Notes: generated from the letters alone by a model not told the origin. A stretch of DNA of 64,000 nt from Octopus vulgaris (GCA_951406725.2 OX597817.1:165664001-165728000), one strand, 5' to 3'. Positions 38,615 through 51,092 are shown, numbered from the stretch's first letter. Numbers and translations: made by a program.

Positions 38615-38970
38615 CCACTTACGATATCCACTCACAAGGCTTTGGTCGGCCCGAAGTTACTAGGAGAAGACACTTGCCCAAGGTACCACGCAATGGGACT
38701 GAACCTGGAACTATGTTGTTGGGAGGCAAGCTTCTTATCACATTGTTTGTATATATCTATATATGCGTGTGTGTCCATGTTTGTCACCACTGCCATTGCT
38801 TGACAACCGATGCTGGTGTGTTTACGTTCCCGTAACTTAAATGTTTCGCAAAACAGACTTATAGAATAAGCACTAGGATTACAAAGACTAAGTCCTGGGT
38901 CGAATTTTTTGACTAAAGGCAATGCGCCAGCATGACCGCAGTCAAATGACTGAAGCAAGTAAAAGAATAA
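38119..38970. mobile_element. Family A SINE (+) split by an inverted family A SINE (-, 38293-38742)
   Basis: The 5' half 38119-38283 and the 3' half 38760-38970 flank a near-complete minus copy. Confidence 0.85.
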
Positions 38971-39062
38971 AACAATATATATATATACGTATGTATATAT
39001 ATATGTATATATATGTATATATATGTATATATATATATATATATACATATATGTGTATATAC

Positions 39063-39096
<34 letters not shown>

Positions 39097-39531
39097 CTAC
39101 AAAAACCCCAATTATTTATATATAAATAATTGGGTTTATTTATAGTATATATATAGGTATACATACATATATATGTATATATATATATATATATAGGTGT
39201 ACATACATGTATATGTATTTATATATGTATCTATGTATATATATATATATATATACGTAGCTAAAATAGTGTATACAAATAGATGTACGATTGATACTGC
39301 TAGGCATAGAGTTCCAGGTAGTTTATCGTAATACAATTTGTTTCTTCTATGGTTGTTAAGTAATTTATATGTTGGGTAACCAGGAAATGCAGAGAAAATA
39401 AGGATAAACACAAGTTCATATTACAGTTCCTACGTGAGGTTCGCCATGATGGTTGTTTGGAACTCTGTAAAAGGGGTCCCCATTCTTTTGGATGTGCAGC
39501 CTTAACATATAATCAGGGAAACATTTTATTA

Positions 39532-39567
<36 letters not shown>

Positions 39568-39569
<2 letters not shown>

Positions 39570-39962
39570 CGCAGGAGTGGCTGTGTGGTAAGTAGCTTGT
39601 TTACCAACCACATGGTTCCGGGTTCAGTTCCACTGCGTGGCATCTTGGGCAAGTGTCTTCTACTATAGCCCCGGGCCGACCAATGCCTTGTGAGTGGATT
39701 TGGTAGACAGAAACTGAAAGAAGCCTGTCGTATATATGTATATATGTATGTATGTGTGTGTGTATGTTTGTGTGTCTGTGTTTGTCCCCCTAGCATTGCT
39801 TGACAACCGATGCTGGTGTGTTTACGTCCCCGTCACTTAGCGGTTCGGCAAAAGAGACTGATAGAATAAGTACTGGGATAAGTCCCGGGATCGATTTGCT
39901 CGACTAAAGGCGGTGCTCCAGCATGGCCGCAGTCAAATGACTGAAACAAGTAAAAAAGAGAG
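39568..39962 (+). mobile_element. SINE family A, full length
   Basis: Consensus-like head and tail. Confidence 0.93.
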
Positions 39963-40007
39963 TATATGTATATATATATGTGTGTGTGCGTGTGTGTAAA
40001 TAATATA

Positions 40008-40052
<45 letters not shown>

Positions 40053-40104
40053 CAGGACAGTGGAGACACACAAGGAAGCCGAATGAAAACAAACATGGAG
40101 GGTC

Positions 40105-40385
40105 GTTATGAAAAGAAATTAAAAAACCCTCTTGAATATTTGCACACAAAATTATATGTACTTGACCCAATGACATCAGATCTGTCTCATGCACTTTTCA
40201 ATAATCCCTTCTTAAGTTATATGAACAAGAACAGGAAATTTCACTCTGTATAACTGTAATAAATATACAATGAATCGTTTCTCTCGAAGAGCTTAGGCTC
40301 GAAACATCAAAGACTTTTCCATTCTTCCTGAGCGTCAAACTAATACACCTGCTTGTTATTCCCTCATATATCTTCGTCTTTCATT
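40105..40385 (+). mobile_element. Interspersed repeat with decayed hammerhead; sister copy at 42818-43110
   Basis: About 280 bp are shared, including TTATATGTACTTGACCCAATGACATCAGA and GAAGAGCTTAGGC.CGAAAC.TCAAAGAC. Confidence 0.75.
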
Positions 40386-40819
40386 TCATACGCATGTATG
40401 TATGTACGTATGTATGTATGTATGTATGTATGTATGTATGTATGTATGTATGTATGTATGTATGTATGTATTCTCCGCTTACGAATATATGATACTTATG
40501 TCACACATCTGTTACAAACCTCTCTTTCTACATTCCGTTTACCGTATCCACCTAAAAGCAGGCTTTGTATATTTCAGCGCTAAAAGCATTCATTTGATAA
40601 ACATTCATTTGCATACTCATAACTTTCGAAGGCATTTGATTTACTTTACAACGGTCTACTAATATGCAAAAAGATACTTGATTGTTTTGTTGAAATCTAT
40701 GCGAAATTAGCTGATAATGGTCACTGGAACATGTTTGTCGATATTTTCCACAAAAACATAGATTAAGTATGGATGTTTTATTCATAGTAAATACAAATAA
40801 TATGCCAATACAAGTAAAG

Positions 40820-41050
40820 TTAGGGTGTCACCATCATGATCGTAAGATTGTGATTTCGATTCCTGGACCGAGCGACGCGTTGTGTTCTTGGACAAAACAC
40901 TTCATTTCACGTTGCTCCAGTCCACTCAGCTGGCAAAAATGAGTAACGCTGCGATGGACTGGCGTCCCATCCAGCTGGGGAACACATACGCCATTGAAAC
41001 CGGGAAACCGGGCCCATAGGCCTGGCTAGGCTTTAAAAGGGCACATTTAA
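40820..41050 (+). mobile_element. CORE-type tRNA SINE, family D
   Basis: B-box-like TTTCGATTCC, CORE-like TTGTGTTCTTGGACAAAACACTT..TCCAGTCCACTCAGCTG, then CTGCGATGGACTGGCGTCCCATCCAG. Confidence 0.75.
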
Positions 41051-41854
41051 TATATTTATTTTATAAAGCACATGAGATATGAAATATGAAAGTAAATCTG
41101 GAGTTATAACATACTGAATGTGGTGATGATGACTGTATCAATTACAACAACATTCCGATGATCCGCAGCCTCTTACTACGAAACGCAGCAAATAAATAAA
41201 TAAATAAATAAATAAAAATTGAAAGAAAAGAATGAGAGATAAGAAAGAGAGCACCACTGCCATTTCTTTGTTTAGAAAATCTCGAAAAGTTAATAAACTT
41301 AAGAATATTATTATACCAATCCAAACAAACGATTAATAAGGATATATAAAAGAAATTTTTAATGCAAAAAAGAAATGATTCAAACGCAGCCTTGTCTTCA
41401 ATATAGTACTTATAACGCGCCCTCAGACACGTACACACATACACATACACATACACACATATAAATACAGAGTTTTCAAACGTGTAATAATGATGAAGCC
41501 ACAACACACATACATATGCACACATGCCCTCGTACACGCTCGACCACATTGCGGTTTTTACCGCACCCTCCCCCCCTCTTACATCTATCAATGCAAGATG
41601 TTTTAACGAACATCTAACTTCCTCTTTCTGCTCTCCCTTTCCATCACGTAATATTTATGGTTACCTTACGTCATATACTCTGCTGACCTTTGACCTGACA
41701 TTCCTGTCAGCCACCAACTGCTCGCTGACTTCCTCATTTACGAATGCATGCCCTCAACACTTGTAGACACACATTACATACACAGATATCTTAACAGGTA
41801 TATATATATATATATATATAAATAAACTATATAAACTATATATATATATATATG

Positions 41855-41998
41855 AAAACTACACTTTTTAGCTTGTTAATTATCGTGTGCGTGTGCATGC
41901 ATTTGCGTATGTATGTATGTATATATATATATATATATATATATACGCAAATGCATGCACACGCACACGATAATTAACAAGCTAAAAAGTGTAGTTTT
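41855..41998. repeat. Perfect 56-bp inverted repeat around a (TA)n centre
   Basis: 41855-41910 is the exact reverse complement of 41943-41998. Confidence 0.95.
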
Positions 41999-42621
41999 TT
42001 ATAGAACAAATAAATATACATCAAGTTAATCAAATATTTATGACTATACCCCACACATATCTACACTCACACTCCCTAAAACATTTGTATGTGTGTGTAT
42101 GTGTGTGTGTGTGTGTTACGTTCATATTACCTCTCACATCATATATATATATATATGTGTGTGTGCGTGTGTGGGTGCGTATGTGTATGTGTGTGTGTGT
42201 GTTACATTCATACTACCTCTCACATTATATATATATGTGTGTGTGCGTGTGTGTGTGTGTGTGGGCGCGTGTGTGTATGTGTAGGTGTGTGTATCTGTGT
42301 CGACAGTTAGAGCTAGGATGAATGTGTGTTTGTGTGCGTGTGCACGCGAGCGTGTTTGGTGTAATGTGTGTGTGTATAGTGAAGAATGTGTGTGTGCGCT
42401 TTAGTGTGCATGCATGCATGTGTGTGTGCGTCTGTGTGTGTGTGTGCCGAGAATTAGAGCTAGGATGAATGTGTGTTGGGTGTGTGCTTGTGTGTGTTCG
42501 TGTAGGTGTGTGTGTGTGTATGTGCTGTAATATGTGTGTGTATGGTGAAGTATGTGTGTGATTGTGCGTCTGAGAGTGTATGCATGCATGTGTGTGTATG
42601 TGTGCATGTGTGTGTGCGTGT

Positions 42622-42693
<72 letters not shown>

Positions 42694-43390
42694 AAATGCT
42701 TCAATTAAATACATAAGTCTATGCCATCGGATCTGAAGGCCGCGTCACCGTCATAGATATTACTTCTACAGCTTTGCTGGGCAGAAAGTAATTTTTCCGA
42801 TGATGGATATGTTGTGTTTTATGAAAAGAAAGTTAAAAGCTCTCTTTAATATTTGCACCCAACATTATATGTACTTGACCCAATGACATCAGACCAGTCT
42901 CATGTACTTTTCAGTAATCCTTTCTCCTTAAGTTACACGAACAAGAACAGGAAATTTCACACTGTATAGCTGTAATAAATATACAATGACTCGTTTCTCT
43001 TGAAGAGCTTAGGCCCGAAACGTCAAAGACTTTTTCATTTATTCGTGAGCGTCAAACTAATACACCTCCTACTTGTTATTCCCTCATATATTTTCGTCTT
43101 TTATTTTCTGCAAATTAGAACTATATATATATATATGAGGAAAGACACACAAATAAGAAAGGAGAAAGCAAAGGACCACTGATGAGGTCACAGAAGTGTG
43201 ACGGAAGAACGCTGGCCGAAATACGATTAATGTAAAAAATAAAATAAAGCTGAACCAAATTAACACCAAATATATAGTGCGTGTGTTTTATTGGCCTGCT
43301 CGCTTAGCCAGCGGGGTGGAGTCATTTGAAGGCTAAAACAATGCTAAGCGCATTGTGACCAGTGATGTGTAGCTTGGTCGATCACGTGAT

Positions 43391-43446
<56 letters not shown>

Positions 43447-43488
43447 CAAATTTACAGAAGACAATTTAGTACATTAACAATTTCATAC

Positions 43489-43584
43489 ATTATATCTGAA
43501 GGGCTCCGATTTCTTGTACTCAGAGTTGCTTTTCCGATTATCAGCTGGTAAACCGAGTCTGGTCTTCATTTGAGTATCCACAGC
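43489..43584 (-). CDS. Candidate 96-nt phase-0 exon of an unidentified gene (AVDTQMKTRLGLPADNRKSNSEYKKSEPFRYN)
   Basis: T-rich acceptor ..TTTGCAG|GCT, donor AAT|GTATGA, open frame, unique sequence. It lies 1.8 kb downstream of a minus-strand promoter-like site. No homology recognised. Confidence 0.35.
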
Positions 43585-43769
43585 CTGCAAATTTTTTGAA
43601 ATATGAAATGAAAATTTTAACGCAGTACCTATTGTTATGTTCTTTTGTTTACACGTAGGAAAACGGTTACTCAAGCATACGCTTTTGATTTCATTCCTGG
43701 TTAACGTGACAATGCCATTATAACTGTCATATACTCGATACAATTGAAGATATAAAATTATGCTGTAGT

Positions 43770-44292
43770 TCAAGTTCCTGCAAAACCTGGTGGAACAAAA
43801 TCCCATAGTAATTATTGAAGAACTAGCAGAGAATCTTGGATTTGATCATTCAACCATTCATCGACACATGCGTGCCATCAGAAAAGTCAGCAAATTGGGT
43901 CAATGGGTTCCTCACAAACTTTCCGAATCTAATGCTTGGCCACATACAGTGAGGATGATATACCCAAGGCTGGAGCAGTTTGAATGGGAAACGATGCCTT
44001 ATCCACCATATTCGCCGGACATTGCTCCATCTGATTATCATTTATTCCGCAGTCTTCAAAATCATTTATGCGGAAAAAATATATTAATTCTGTAAAGGAA
44101 GTCAGAACAGTACTCGAGGAGTATTTTTCATCATGGACAAGTGAATTTTGGAAGAGGAGCCTTGCAATTCTACCAGAGAGATGGGAGAGCATTGTAGAAA
44201 ATGAAGGAAAGTATATTTCAGAGTAAAAAAGAATTTTTATCTCAGTTTTGAAAAGTAAAAGAAGTATAAAAAACCGCATTATTTATGGGCTG
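43770..44292 (+). mobile_element. mariner transposase remnant with internal deletion and partial right TIR
   Basis: HTH (EELAENLGFDHSTIHRH), WVPHKL and YSPDIAPSDYHLFRSL. After a frameshift, LPERWESIVENEGKY* ends near 44226. AAAAACCGCATTATTTATGGG is a TIR-like end. Confidence 0.9.
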
Positions 44293-44539
44293 ACACATTC
44301 GATGGTTTTTTCCAAGGATTCTAATGCTCTTAGCTTAGTTTTTCCTTGGGGCTGGCCAGATTGGAGCAATCTCAAGATTAATCAGCCGAAATTGCGAGGA
44401 TGACCCAGTTCTTGACTGAAGATAAAAGGCTTCGAATGACTCGTCCTTGATTTTGTATCGTCTATCTGGATGTTTCGTTGTCCCATTTTGTATCACTTAG
44501 TTGTCCGAATGTTTTGTGCTCTTGTCTCATTTCGTATTT

Positions 44540-44607
<68 letters not shown>

Positions 44608-44758
44608 CTGTGTAACATATATATGTATATATTTATGTCTGTGTCTATTTATATATACACAGATATAGACAGACAGATAGATAGATCTTTGTGTTTGTGT
44701 TTTTTGTGCCTGTGTTTGTCCCTTCACATCGCTTGCCAAGCAGTTTGTCTTTGTTTGC

Positions 44759-45177
44759 GTCCACGTAACCTAGAAGTTCAGCAAAAAAACCAATAGAATA
44801 AATATCAGACCTCAAAATTGATAAGTACTAGAGTCGATTTGTTCGACAAAAAGATTCTTCAAGTGGTGCTCCAGCATGACCGTCGTCCAGTGACTAAATT
44901 AAGTAAAGATAAATGACAATATTCAAGCTATGTTCTATATGAAAAAAAACATTATAACGACCCCGTCCACGTAACCTAGAAGTTCAGCAAAAAAAACCAA
45001 TAGAATAAATATCAGACCTCAAAATTGATAAGTACTAGAGTCGATTTGTTCGACAAAAAGATTCTTCAAGTGGTGCTCCAGCATGACCGTCGTCCAGTGA
45101 CAAAATTAAGTAAAAAAATAAATGATAATATTCAAGCTATGTTCTATAAAAAAAACAAAAAACATTTATAACGACCC
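44759..45177 (+). repeat. Tandem duplication of about 207 bp (3' half of a family A SINE plus flank)
   Basis: 44759-44964 is repeated at 44965-45177. Confidence 0.92.
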
Positions 45178-45374
45178 GACAAACGTAAGTAACAATAACA
45201 GAAATGACAACCCGAAAAAAAAATGGTTTAAGAGTGAAAAATTAAGAACATTCCGATGAAGAAGAGTCAAAGAAACAGGGAAGAGAATGGCTGTTGGCAA
45301 TATGATATAAAATATGTAGCAGAGAAGCTGTCTTTACGTAAAACCTGTCGACGTTCTGTCAAAATCATCAAAAA

Positions 45375-45412
45375 CGCCATCTTGCTAACTACTCAAAAAT
45401 CACCCGGAAGTG
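45375..45412 (-). promoter_or_regulatory. Candidate core promoter: ETS/GABP site plus YY1 site
   Basis: CCGGAAGTG at 45404-45412 and CAAGATGGCG (minus) at 45375-45384 lie in a small CpG-containing unique island. Confidence 0.5.
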
Positions 45413-45832
45413 AAGCGTGTCGAGTGCATGTGTTTTCGCAGATGTAGAAATACTGTTGTTGTTCTCTGTGTATATATTTATGTATGCAGGTGTGTCTATT
45501 TCTCTTTCTCCGTCTCCGTTTGTCCCCCATCTCTCTCTCTCTCTCTCTCTCTTTGTATGTATTTTTGTAAATGTATATGGATATTTATTTATACATGCAT
45601 ACATACATACATATATATATGTATATATATATATGTATGTATATATATATATATATGTGCATATATATATGTATGTATATATATGTATGCATATATATAA
45701 ATGTACATATACATACATACATACATATATATATCTATATAAATATGCATATATATATGTATATATATATGTATATATATATATGTATGTATATATGTAT
45801 ACATATATATATATATAAATGTACATATACAT

Positions 45833-45867
<35 letters not shown>

Positions 45868-46069
45868 AATATATATATATATATATCTATATCTATATAT
45901 ATATATATGCATATATATATATGTATGTATATATGTATACATATATATATAAATGTACGTATACATATATATATATATATATATACAAACATTTATACAT
46001 ACATACATATATATTATATATATATACGCATCCAGAGAAAGGATAGAGGGAGAAAGAGAAACAGAGAAC

Positions 46070-46135
<66 letters not shown>

Positions 46136-46491
46136 TGGGTCGGCTAGAACAATGTGAATCTGCTGTTTAATACATTAGACAGTTAGGAGCAAAGGGTCGA
46201 AACGCAGTATATGAAACAAAGATTACTAATTGAGGTTCACACGCAAGGACTAACAGATGCGCACGCTCAAACGCATACACATAAACACACTCAGGCATTT
46301 AGTAATGCAATACTTTTGCTCCTATAACAGTCTGCTTATCATTCTTTTTCCCGGATAACTCTTTGCTTACACACACTTGTACAGATGCACATGTACTTAA
46401 GATTAAATAATCTGGGCTCAAGGATTTCGGATCTGAGAATATATTTACATTTATGCGTGTTTCTGTGTGAATATGTAAGTCTGTGTACGTG

Positions 46492-46545
<54 letters not shown>

Positions 46546-46720
46546 TTCGTGAATCTTGAGAAAGATTTGATAGATAGAGAGAACGTGTTAGCTTGTTGAG
46601 TGTGTTCCGTACAAGTGTGTGTATACATACATACTTATATACATACATACATACATATATAAAATTTAATAAGGGTAGAAATTGATATTAATCAATTAAA
46701 ACCAGTGGCCCAGCATATTT

Positions 46721-46769
<49 letters not shown>

Positions 46770-46794
46770 AGAAAATAATAAATGAAACATATGT

Positions 46795-47007
46795 ATATAT
46801 ACATGCATATATGTACAGGACACACAAAAAAAAAATCGTCGAAGACAATGAGAAACGAAAACATAAAAACAAAACCATGGAAAAGGACATTTTTTTAAAC
46901 AACGAAAAAACAGTGTCTGTTTCCATGGGTTTTTTTTTATGTCTTCGTTTCTCATTGTGTTCGACGTTTCTTTTTGGTGTCCTGTACCCATATATGCATG
47001 TATATAT
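46795..47007. repeat. Imperfect inverted repeat (arms about 90 bp) of a Penelope-like terminal sequence
   Basis: GTACAGGACAC..CGTCGAA.ACAATGAGAAACGAA.ACATAAAAA..CCATGGAAA is mirrored on the right. Related to 8770-8840. Confidence 0.85.
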
Positions 47008-47139
47008 TAATAAAAGGAATTCCAACCTTGCCTGATTTTCACGTTTTATTTACAATCTTATAAGGATATATTATAAGATAATATATTATAATTGAATAAA
47101 ATAAAATGAAATAGTAGAATGTTAAATGTTTATTCTGAT

Positions 47140-47184
47140 TGAACTAGTACTTTCATGCATTGAATTCTGCAATCTTCAGGTTCA
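47140..47184 (-). ncRNA. Minimal type I hammerhead ribozyme motif
   Basis: Minus strand reads UGAAC-CUGAAGA-U-UGCA-gaauucaa-UGCA-U-GAA-AGUACU-A-GUUCA. Confidence 0.7.
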
Positions 47185-47356
47185 TGTAGTAGTGGTGACA
47201 GTCATGCTTCACAATTTTTGACTGCATGTATATATATACATATAGATGTAGGTACGTACATATATGTATGTATTTATGTATATGTTTTATTTATCATTTT
47301 GTTATTATATGATCGAACGCCACGCATCCACTTCCAAGTAAATTTGATCTATATAT

Positions 47357-48196
47357 ATACATACATACATATATTTAATCATAGGATATGTAACACACTG
47401 CCGATATACCAGTCTTATATATACATACATATATTTAATCAAAGGATATGTAACACACTGCCGATATACCAGTCTTATATATACATACATATATTTAATC
47501 AAAGGATATGTAACACACTGCCGATATACCAGTCTTATATATACATACATATATTTAATCAAAGGATATGTAACACACTGCCGATATACCAGTCTTATAT
47601 ATACATACATATATTTAATCAAAGGATATGTAACACACTGCCGATATACCAGTCTTATATATACATACATATATTTAATCATAGGATATGTAACACACTG
47701 CCGATATACCAGTCTTATATATACATACATATATTTAATCAAAGGATATGTAACACACTGCCGATATACCAGTCTTATATATACATACATATATTTAATC
47801 ATAGGATATGTAACACACTGCCGATATACCAGTCTTATATATACATACATATATTTAATCAAAGGATATGTAACACACTGCCGATATACCAGTCTTATAT
47901 ATACATACATATATTTAATCAAAGGATATGTAACACACTGCCGATATACCAGTCTTATATATACATACATATATTTAATCAAAGGATATGTAACACACTG
48001 CCGATATACCAGTCTTATATATACATACATATATTTAATCAAAGGATATGTAACACACTGCCGATATACCAGTCTTATATATACATACATATATTTAATC
48101 AAAGGATATGTAACACACTGCCGATATACCAGTCTTATATATACATACATATATTTAATCAAAGGATATGTAACACACTGCCGATATACCAGTCTT
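47357..48196. repeat. 60-bp tandem repeat, 14 copies
   Basis: Unit ATATATACATACATATATTTAATCA(A/T)AGGATATGTAACACACTGCCGATATACCAGTCTT, with the T variant in units 1, 6 and 8. Confidence 0.98.
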
Positions 48197-48727
48197 GAGA
48201 AAATCAGGCGTCTCAAAACCAGAAAGGAGAAAGCTAATTCGAAGACTACAGGTCCAATCCATCATTGGAACTGTGAAAATCTGTAAAACTTTCCAGAAGT
48301 TTATCATTTAAATATATATCAGCATGTCTAGATATGGAACTATATGCATGAGAATACATACATAAAACATACAAAATTGCACATACATACATACATACAT
48401 ACATGCATACATACATGCATACATACATACATACATACATACATACATACATACATACATACATACATGCATACATACATACATACATACATACATGCAT
48501 ACATACATACATACATACATACATGCATACATACATACATACATATATACATACATACATACATGCATACATACATGCATACATACATACATACATGTAT
48601 ACATACATACATACATACATACATACATACATACATACATACATACATACATACTTACATACATGCATACATACACACATACATACATGCATGCATACAT
48701 ACATACATACATACATACATACATACA

Positions 48728-48761
<34 letters not shown>

Positions 48762-48880
48762 CAAACATACAAAAATACCCTGTTGTTGATTTTGAAATTC
48801 AAATGAAGGAACCTTGAATCAAGGTTAGAAACCGGTTCTTTCTCTATTGGCAAGAAATCTTGAAATAAACTGAATGATGA
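48164..48880 (+). mobile_element. 3' fragment of an RLE-type (R4/Dong/HERO-like) non-LTR retrotransposon
   Basis: Broken translation GYVTHC..LEK..RKLIRRLQVQSIIGTVKICKTFQKFII* (stop 48309-11) resembles the terminal LQ....GT..I motif that follows RLE domains. The putative 3' UTR contains a (TACA)n tract and ends near AAATAAACTGAATGATG. Confidence 0.6.
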
Positions 48881-49199
48881 CATACATGCATTGTTATATT
48901 TCGGATGATCATTCTTTCTTTCCAAATAAGAAACACACGCACATTCGTTCTTCACTCGTTTATTACCGTTCTTATTTAACTGATGTCCATTATCCGGAAA
49001 TCTTTCGTCACGCATCTGTGACCTCTTCAGTAACCCTTTCCGTCCTCGTGTTCCGCTTAGTCCATACTGTCTTTCTACGATGTGTATCCTTATCTGCGCA
49101 TGCGTTTGTGTCCGTGTGTCCGTGTGTGTGTGGGGGGGGCGTACGCGTGTCTATATTTTTGCACGTGTGCTTATTTGTGTGCCCGTGTATTCATATATT

Positions 49200-49576
49200 C
49201 TTTTATTCTTTTACTAGTTTCAGTCATTTGACTGCGGCCATGTTGGAGCACAAATCGACACCAGGACTTATTCTTTGTAAGCGTAGTACTTATTCTATCA
49301 GTCTCTTTTGCCGAACCGCTAAGTTACGGGGACTTAAACACACCAAATCGCTGTCAAGCGATGGTGGAGGAGAGACACATACACACAAATACATACATAT
49401 ATATACATATATACGACGGGCTTTTTACAGTTTCCGTCTACCAAATCCACTCAAAAGGTTTTGGTCGGCCCGAGGCTATAGTAGAATACACTTACCTAAG
49501 GTGCCACACACTGGGACTGAAACCAGAACCTTGTAGTTGGGAAGCAAGCTTCTTATCATACAGCCACTCCAGCGCC
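49200..49576 (-). mobile_element. SINE family A
   Basis: Reverse-complement match to the reference copy. Confidence 0.88.
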
Positions 49577-49577
49577 T

Positions 49578-49880
49578 ATTATTTAGACATGATTCGACCA
49601 AAGATTGGTCCAGGCTATGTCGAACTTAATAGCACTACCTGATAGGATTAGCTAAATCTCTTTTAAGTCAAGTCTTGTGGTATCATGATCCATTAGAGTA
49701 GGGAGTTCTTATTGAGTGAGTTGTATCCGGGTATAGGTGGCTTATCTGGTATTCGTTGAAGAAATTTGTCGAGGTTCCGTTTAAAGGTGTTGGGATCCTT
49801 TTCCCCTTTGATCTGTTTCGGGATAATGTTAAATAGGGCAGGGCCTGTTGAGGAAAAGTAATTATGTTGCAGTGTATTTA
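49578..49880 (-). mobile_element. 3' end of a second CR1-group LINE family
   Basis: Minus translation NYFSSTGPALFNIIPKQIKGEKDPNTFKRNLDKFLQRIPDKP..NSLL aligns with the C-terminus of the 28-kb ORF2 (GPQLFNILP..FKTKLDLFL..PDEP..NSLV). Confidence 0.8.
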
Positions 49881-50004
49881 ATATATAATATAAAGAAAAT
49901 GGAGAGTGTGAACACAGAAAATCAATTTATTTACATAATTGTAGTCAATATTATGTGTATATATACACACTTATATGGAACACTTATATGTCAAGTCACT
50001 TTTG

Positions 50005-50490
50005 AGTGCTACTGGTAACATATAACCAGTACAACCTGTTGCATGGTCGAGTCGTCGACGACTAAACCGGCAACCCCACCAAGCTTGTTTGGCGAGGAGG
50101 GTGTTTATTGGACACCCTGCGGGATGAAAAACAAAACCCGTCAAAGGGCGGAGGAACACTTGAGAGTCAACGGCCATCCAATAAATGTCTTAAGGCTGTA
50201 TCATGCGCGGGGATATAGAAATAATCGGACTGAATACCCGATCGCGCGGTTAAACCATTGGGTGTGGAGAACTCCTAGACTTTGTTAGGGCATCCTTCTA
50301 GGAGAAGGTAACTTAGGTAACTGGGATAACTCCGACATAAAACCTGCGGTCAGTGGTTACCGATGATGTTGACTTGTTCTTTTCGGATTATGGCTACTGT
50401 TGCTTAGTGAGTGGGATTGACTCAGTGCACAGCCTTTCCTCACTTTAAAAAAAATCTTCCTGCACAGGCATTGCACGATAACAACATTGA
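50005..50490 (+). mobile_element. Probable RTE-clade 5' UTR fragment
   Basis: GC-balanced island containing GGGCATCCTTCTAGGAGAAGGTAACT and CAGTGCACAGCCTTTCCTCACTTTAAAAA, motifs I recall from RTE 5' regions. No ORF. Confidence 0.4.
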
Positions 50491-51051
50491 TTAAGCTTCG
50501 TTCAATGGCCATACTCGATAACGAGGGAGCAGCCACCATATGGAACACACTTGACGAGTTAACACATTCTTTCTATCTATCAAGTCCATATACACACACA
50601 TGTGAAACACATATGCATATTTTCCATCGCCTTCGACCACTAAATAGTACAAGATGGTTCGCACACATATAATCGGCATTTATTTCTTCATGTTTGCATG
50701 GATCCGACGGAAGTATACTGGGACAGTTTCCTACAATTGGATGTCCTTCCCGTCGCCAACTCTCACTCAGTAGTCTATGAGACTTTCCAAGTCTTATAGA
50801 CTACTGAACAAGCAGCCTTGACTGTGCTTTTGCGTTGGACTGCAAGCAAACGATACAGTTGGTGAAGCCATTGTTTACAACCAGTGAGGGAACGCACGTG
50901 ATGACAAGACAAGGAAAATACAAACTCACAGACACATACATGCACGAACGCACACACACACATATATATACCCATTACGCGCATATAATTATGTACACAC
51001 ATACACAGATGGATTTATATAAATATAAATATATATATATGTATATATATG

Positions 51052-51092
<41 letters not shown>

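Noticed and set aside
47357-48196. CRISPR array or repeat-protein genes (326-aa and 303-aa ORFs)
   Set aside because: There are no unique spacers and no cas genes, and the context is eukaryotic. The ORFs are open only because the 60-bp unit lacks stops in those frames.
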